From NCBI RefSeq assembly GCF_032191835.1, contig NC_083223.1, positions 806,001-869,601 of the forward strand: a DNA stretch of 63,601 bases. The letters run 5' to 3'. Each line of letters opens with the position of its first letter. The first letter of the stretch is position 1. Under the pieces are notes generated by a model that had not been told where the DNA came from, ran no database searches, and saw only the letters and a program-made list of their open reading frames with translations. A program made the translations under genes and the position numbers. This document shows positions 61,301 through 63,601 of this stretch, one piece after another. This DNA comes from Heteronotia binoei (taxonomy: Eukaryota).

Positions 61301-62356
61301 TTTTTGAGCTATCTCTATTTCACACATTGATTTATTTTCAGCTTTTTCTTGTTCATGTAGGATCTTCCTCTGAATCTTTAAAAGTTCTTCCAGGTCTGCT
61401 TCAGCCATCTTTCTTTCCTCCTTTGCTTTCCTCTCAGCCCTTTCCAGTTCCTCTAGGACCTTCCGGTGAGTCCTTGAAAGTTCTTCCAATGCCGTCTCGG
61501 CTTCTTCTCGTTCTTGCATGGCTTTCTTCTTAGCCCTTTCCTGTTCTTCTAGGAGTACACTATGAATCTTTGAAAGTTCTTCTAGGGCCAACTCAGCAAT
61601 TTCTTGTTCTTGCGTTGCTTCCTTGGCCTGTTTTTGTTCTTCAATGACCTTTGTCTGGATTTCTGAGAGTTCTTCCTTAGCTTTTTGAGCTCTCCCTCTT
61701 TCATTCAGCTCTTTCAGCTCAAAGTTTTCTTGTTCTTCTAAGACCTTCCTATGAGCCCTTGAAAGGTCTTCCAGGGCTGCCTCAGCCGTCCTTCTTTCTT
61801 GCATGGCTTTCTTCTCAGCCCTTTCCTGTTCTTCTACGACTATCCTATGAATCTTTGATAGCTCCCCCAGGGCTGCCTCAGCCACTTCTCTTTCTTGCCT
61901 GGCTTTCTTGGCCTTCTCTTGTTTTTCAAGAACCTTCATCTGGATTTCTGAGAGTTCTTCCCTACTTTTTTGAGCTCTCTGCATTTCATATGTTGCTTTC
62001 TTTTCAGCTTCCTCTTGTTCATCTAAGATCCTCCTCTGAATCTTTGCAACTTCTTGCAGGTCTGCTTCAGCCATCTTTTGTTCCTCCTCCATTTTCCTTT
62101 CATCCCTTTTCTGTTCCTCAAGGACCTTCCTATGCGTCTTTGAAAGTTCTTTCAGGGCTGCCTCGGCCATTTCTTGTTCTTGCGTGCCTCTCTTGGCCTT
62201 CTCCTGTTCAAGGACTTTTATCTGGATTTCTGAGAGTTTTTTCTTGGCTTTTTGAGCTCTCTGAACTTCACACATTGCTTTCTTAAAAGCCTCTTCTTGT
62301 TCATCCAGGATCCTTCTCTGAATCTTCAAAAGTTCTTCCAGGTCTGCTTCAGCCAT
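58301..62356 (-). CDS. Uncharacterised 1351-aa E/K/A/Q/R-rich tandem-repeat helical/coiled-coil protein, antisense to LAMP5
   Basis: 4056-nt ORF without a stop; ATG in strong context (aagATGG); 31-32-aa monomers; AATAAA 75 nt after TAA. No expression data and no family recognised. Confidence 0.7.
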   Translation of the reverse strand: MAEADLEELLKIQRRILDEQEEAFKKAMCEVQRAQKAKKKLSEIQIKVLEQEKAKRGTQEQEMAEAALKELSKTHRKVLEEQKRDERKMEEEQKMAEADLQEVAKIQRRILDEQEEAEKKATYEMQRAQKSREELSEIQMKVLEKQEKAKKARQEREVAEAALGELSKIHRIVVEEQERAEKKAMQERRTAEAALEDLSRAHRKVLEEQENFELKELNERGRAQKAKEELSEIQTKVIEEQKQAKEATQEQEIAELALEELSKIHSVLLEEQERAKKKAMQEREEAETALEELSRTHRKVLEELERAERKAKEERKMAEADLEELLKIQRKILHEQEKAENKSMCEIEIAQKAKEKLSEIQIKVFEEQEKVQEAMKDREMAELALQELSKIHRKVLEDPESAERKVMEEIKMAKADLEELAKIQRKLLEFSEIQRKVLEEELLKTHRKVLEEQERAERKAMEERKMVEADLEELAKIQRQILDKHKEAEKKATHEIQRAQKAKEELSEIQVKVLEEQEKAKKAIQEREMAEATLEELSKIHRVVLEEHERAKKKTKQELEAALEELSKTHRKVLEEQERAERKAKEERKMAEAELEEFAKIQRQMLDEHKEAEKKAMCEIQRTQKAKEELLKIQRKVLEEQEKAKKAMQEREVAKAALEELSKTHQKILEEQEEAERKAKEERKMAEAELEELLKTQRKVLHEQEEAEKKAMCEIQRAQKAKEELSEIQIQVLEEQEKAKKASQERAEAEAALEELSKTHRKVLEEQEKAEMKVKEERKLAEADLEELVKIQRQILDEHKEAEKKVMHEIQRAQKAKEELSEIQIQVFEEQEKAKKVMQEREMVELALQELSKIHRMVLEEHERAKKKALQEREETKVAMEELSRKHQKVLEEQEKAERKAKEERKMAEADLEELLKIQRKVLHEQEEAEKKAMCEIQRAQKAKEELLEIQRKVLEEQERAEKKAMQERRTTEAALEELSRAHRKVLEEQEKLKLRALKERERTQKAQEELIKIHRRVLEEQELAKKALQEKHVVEAALRELSKSQGKVLEEQEKAERKAKEEQKMAEAGLEEVAKIQRRILDEQEEAFKKAMCEVQRAQKAKKELSEIQIKVLEEQEKAQRAMQEPEMAESALGEFSKIHRVVLEEQERAEKKAVHERRMIVAALEELAKTERKVLEEQEKLELKALKERGGAPKAQEGLITIRRTAFEEQERAETALKERHIVEVAPEELSISHRNVLEEQERAEKRVAKEKAQKAQEELLKDQEKCLEEQEKANKAMKARERAETAVKELSQLQRKVLEEQERAEKIAMEKREEAERAQEELQLAQREALQELEAARRKKMEELSKRP

Positions 62357-62708
62357 CTTTTGTTCCTCCTTTGCTTTCCTCTCAGCACTTTCCTGTTCTT
62401 CCAGGACTTCCCTATGAGTCTTTGAAAGTTCTTTCTACCCTGGGGCTATATCCTTGTGTTGCTACATCTACTTTATGTACTATCCTATTGGCTTTCCTAT
62501 GAATCTGTGAAAGCTCTCCTAGGGCTCCCTGATAGAGAGATTATCAAAAACAAAGGGTAATTTTGTGATGTCATCAGTGACATCATTGCCAGGGTGGGGG
62601 ACAGGGTGAGTAGGTTAAAGGTCACCCACCCAACATATAATCCCAGGGGCTATCAGAGAGTTTGACTGCAGTACTGCAGCTTTACCACTCTGCACCACGG
62701 GACTCTTA

Positions 62709-63441
62709 GCCCTTCTCCAATCCTCTGGCATATCACCTGTGCACCAAGAGGCCTTGAAGATACTGGATAACAGCTCTGCCAATTCTCCAGATATTTGTTT
62801 AAGCACTCTTGGGCGTTTTCTGTGGCCCCAGAAGGTAGGACCAGAACGAATGGGTTGAAATTAAATCAGAAGAGTTTTCAACTTAATAGTAGGAAGAACT
62901 TCCTGACCATTAGAGCCGTTCCTCAGTGGAACAGTCTTCCTCCTTGGGAGGTGGTGGGCTCTCCTTCCTTGGAGGTTTTTAAACAGAGGCTAGATGGCCA
63001 TCTGACAGCAATGTGGATCCTGTGAATTTAGTGGGAGGTATTTGTGAGTTTAGAGCGGTTCCTCAGTGGAACAGTCTTCCTCCTTGGGAGGTGGTGGGCT
63101 CTCCTTCCTTGGAGGTTTTGAAACAGAGGCTAGATGGCCATCTGACAGCAGTGCTAATTCTGCAAATTAAGCAGATCATGATGAGAGGGAGGAGAAGAAA
63201 GGCTTCATCGGGGCTTAGTTCTTGTGGCCTTTTCTTACACACCCAGATAAATGCTGTTCAAGCAGCGATTCTTCTCCAGGCCAATTTGGCCAGGAATCCT
63301 GGAGGTTTTTTGCCATCTCCTTGGTGTGGGGCAGGGGTCCCTTGGTGTGTGCGTGTGTGTGTGGAAGGTGTTTGTGAATTTCCTGCATTGTTCAGGGGAC
63401 TAGACGACCCAAGAGATCCCTTCCAACTCTAGGATTCTATG
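62709..63441. mobile_element. Composite CR1 remnants: inverted RT fragment (62709-62809), then sense 3' end with a duplicated unit and tail
   Basis: Minus-strand ELAELLSSIFKASWCTGDMPEDWRRA; plus-strand FSVAPEGRTRTNGLKL...VVGSPSLEVFKQRLDGHL, repeated at about 63051-63150. Confidence 0.8.
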
Positions 63442-63469
63442 ACACCACCTGGCCCAGGGAACTTATACC

Positions 63470-63601
63470 CAGGCCTCGGATTCAGCGGGAGCTCACAGGA
63501 GCACAGCTCCGAACCTTTTTGTGAGTTCCCCCTCTTCCTCCTTAACACCTTGTCCATTGAATAGTAGGTGCAGCTGCATAACAATCCCTGGATGAGCGCC
63601 A
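63470..63601. mobile_element. MITE family C, truncated by the window edge
   Basis: caggcctcggattcagcgggagctcacagg, as at 6918. Confidence 0.8.

Noticed and set aside
58771-62286. Plus-strand ORFs antisense to the repeat ORF
   Set aside because: Shadow frames of the repeat (L/S/F/P-rich); fragmented by stops, while the minus frame is continuous.
58301-62356. Naming the ORF trichohyalin, plectin, myosin tail, golgin or FBF1
   Set aside because: Similarity would be compositional only; no diagnostic domain or synteny supports a gene symbol.

Overview
Vertebrate genomic DNA, inferred to be a squamate and most likely a gecko from its SINE, CR1 and hAT-MITE complement. It has six N-gaps. The + strand carries the 3' half of PLCB4 (18 coding exons from the catalytic Y box through C2 and the C-terminal coiled coil). 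These include a U12-type intron and a 37-nt cassette exon that switches the reading frame of the last exon. A CpG island and exons 1-4 of LAMP5 follow; its remaining exons were not found. The standout feature is an uninterrupted 4056-nt minus-strand ORF (58301-62356, 1351 aa) downstream of LAMP5 exon 4, most likely inside intron 4. It is built from about 42 monomers of 31-32 aa (E/K/A/Q/R/L-rich, helical) arranged in higher-order repeats, has an AATAAA 75 nt after the stop, and is flanked by decayed out-of-frame repeat copies. It is a candidate lineage-specific nested antisense gene that I cannot assign to a known family. Introns are dense in SINEs, CR1/L2 fragments and hAT-type MITEs, several nested or expanded into tandem arrays. 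All coordinates were read by eye; repeat family names are from memory and need RepeatMasker/Dfam confirmation.
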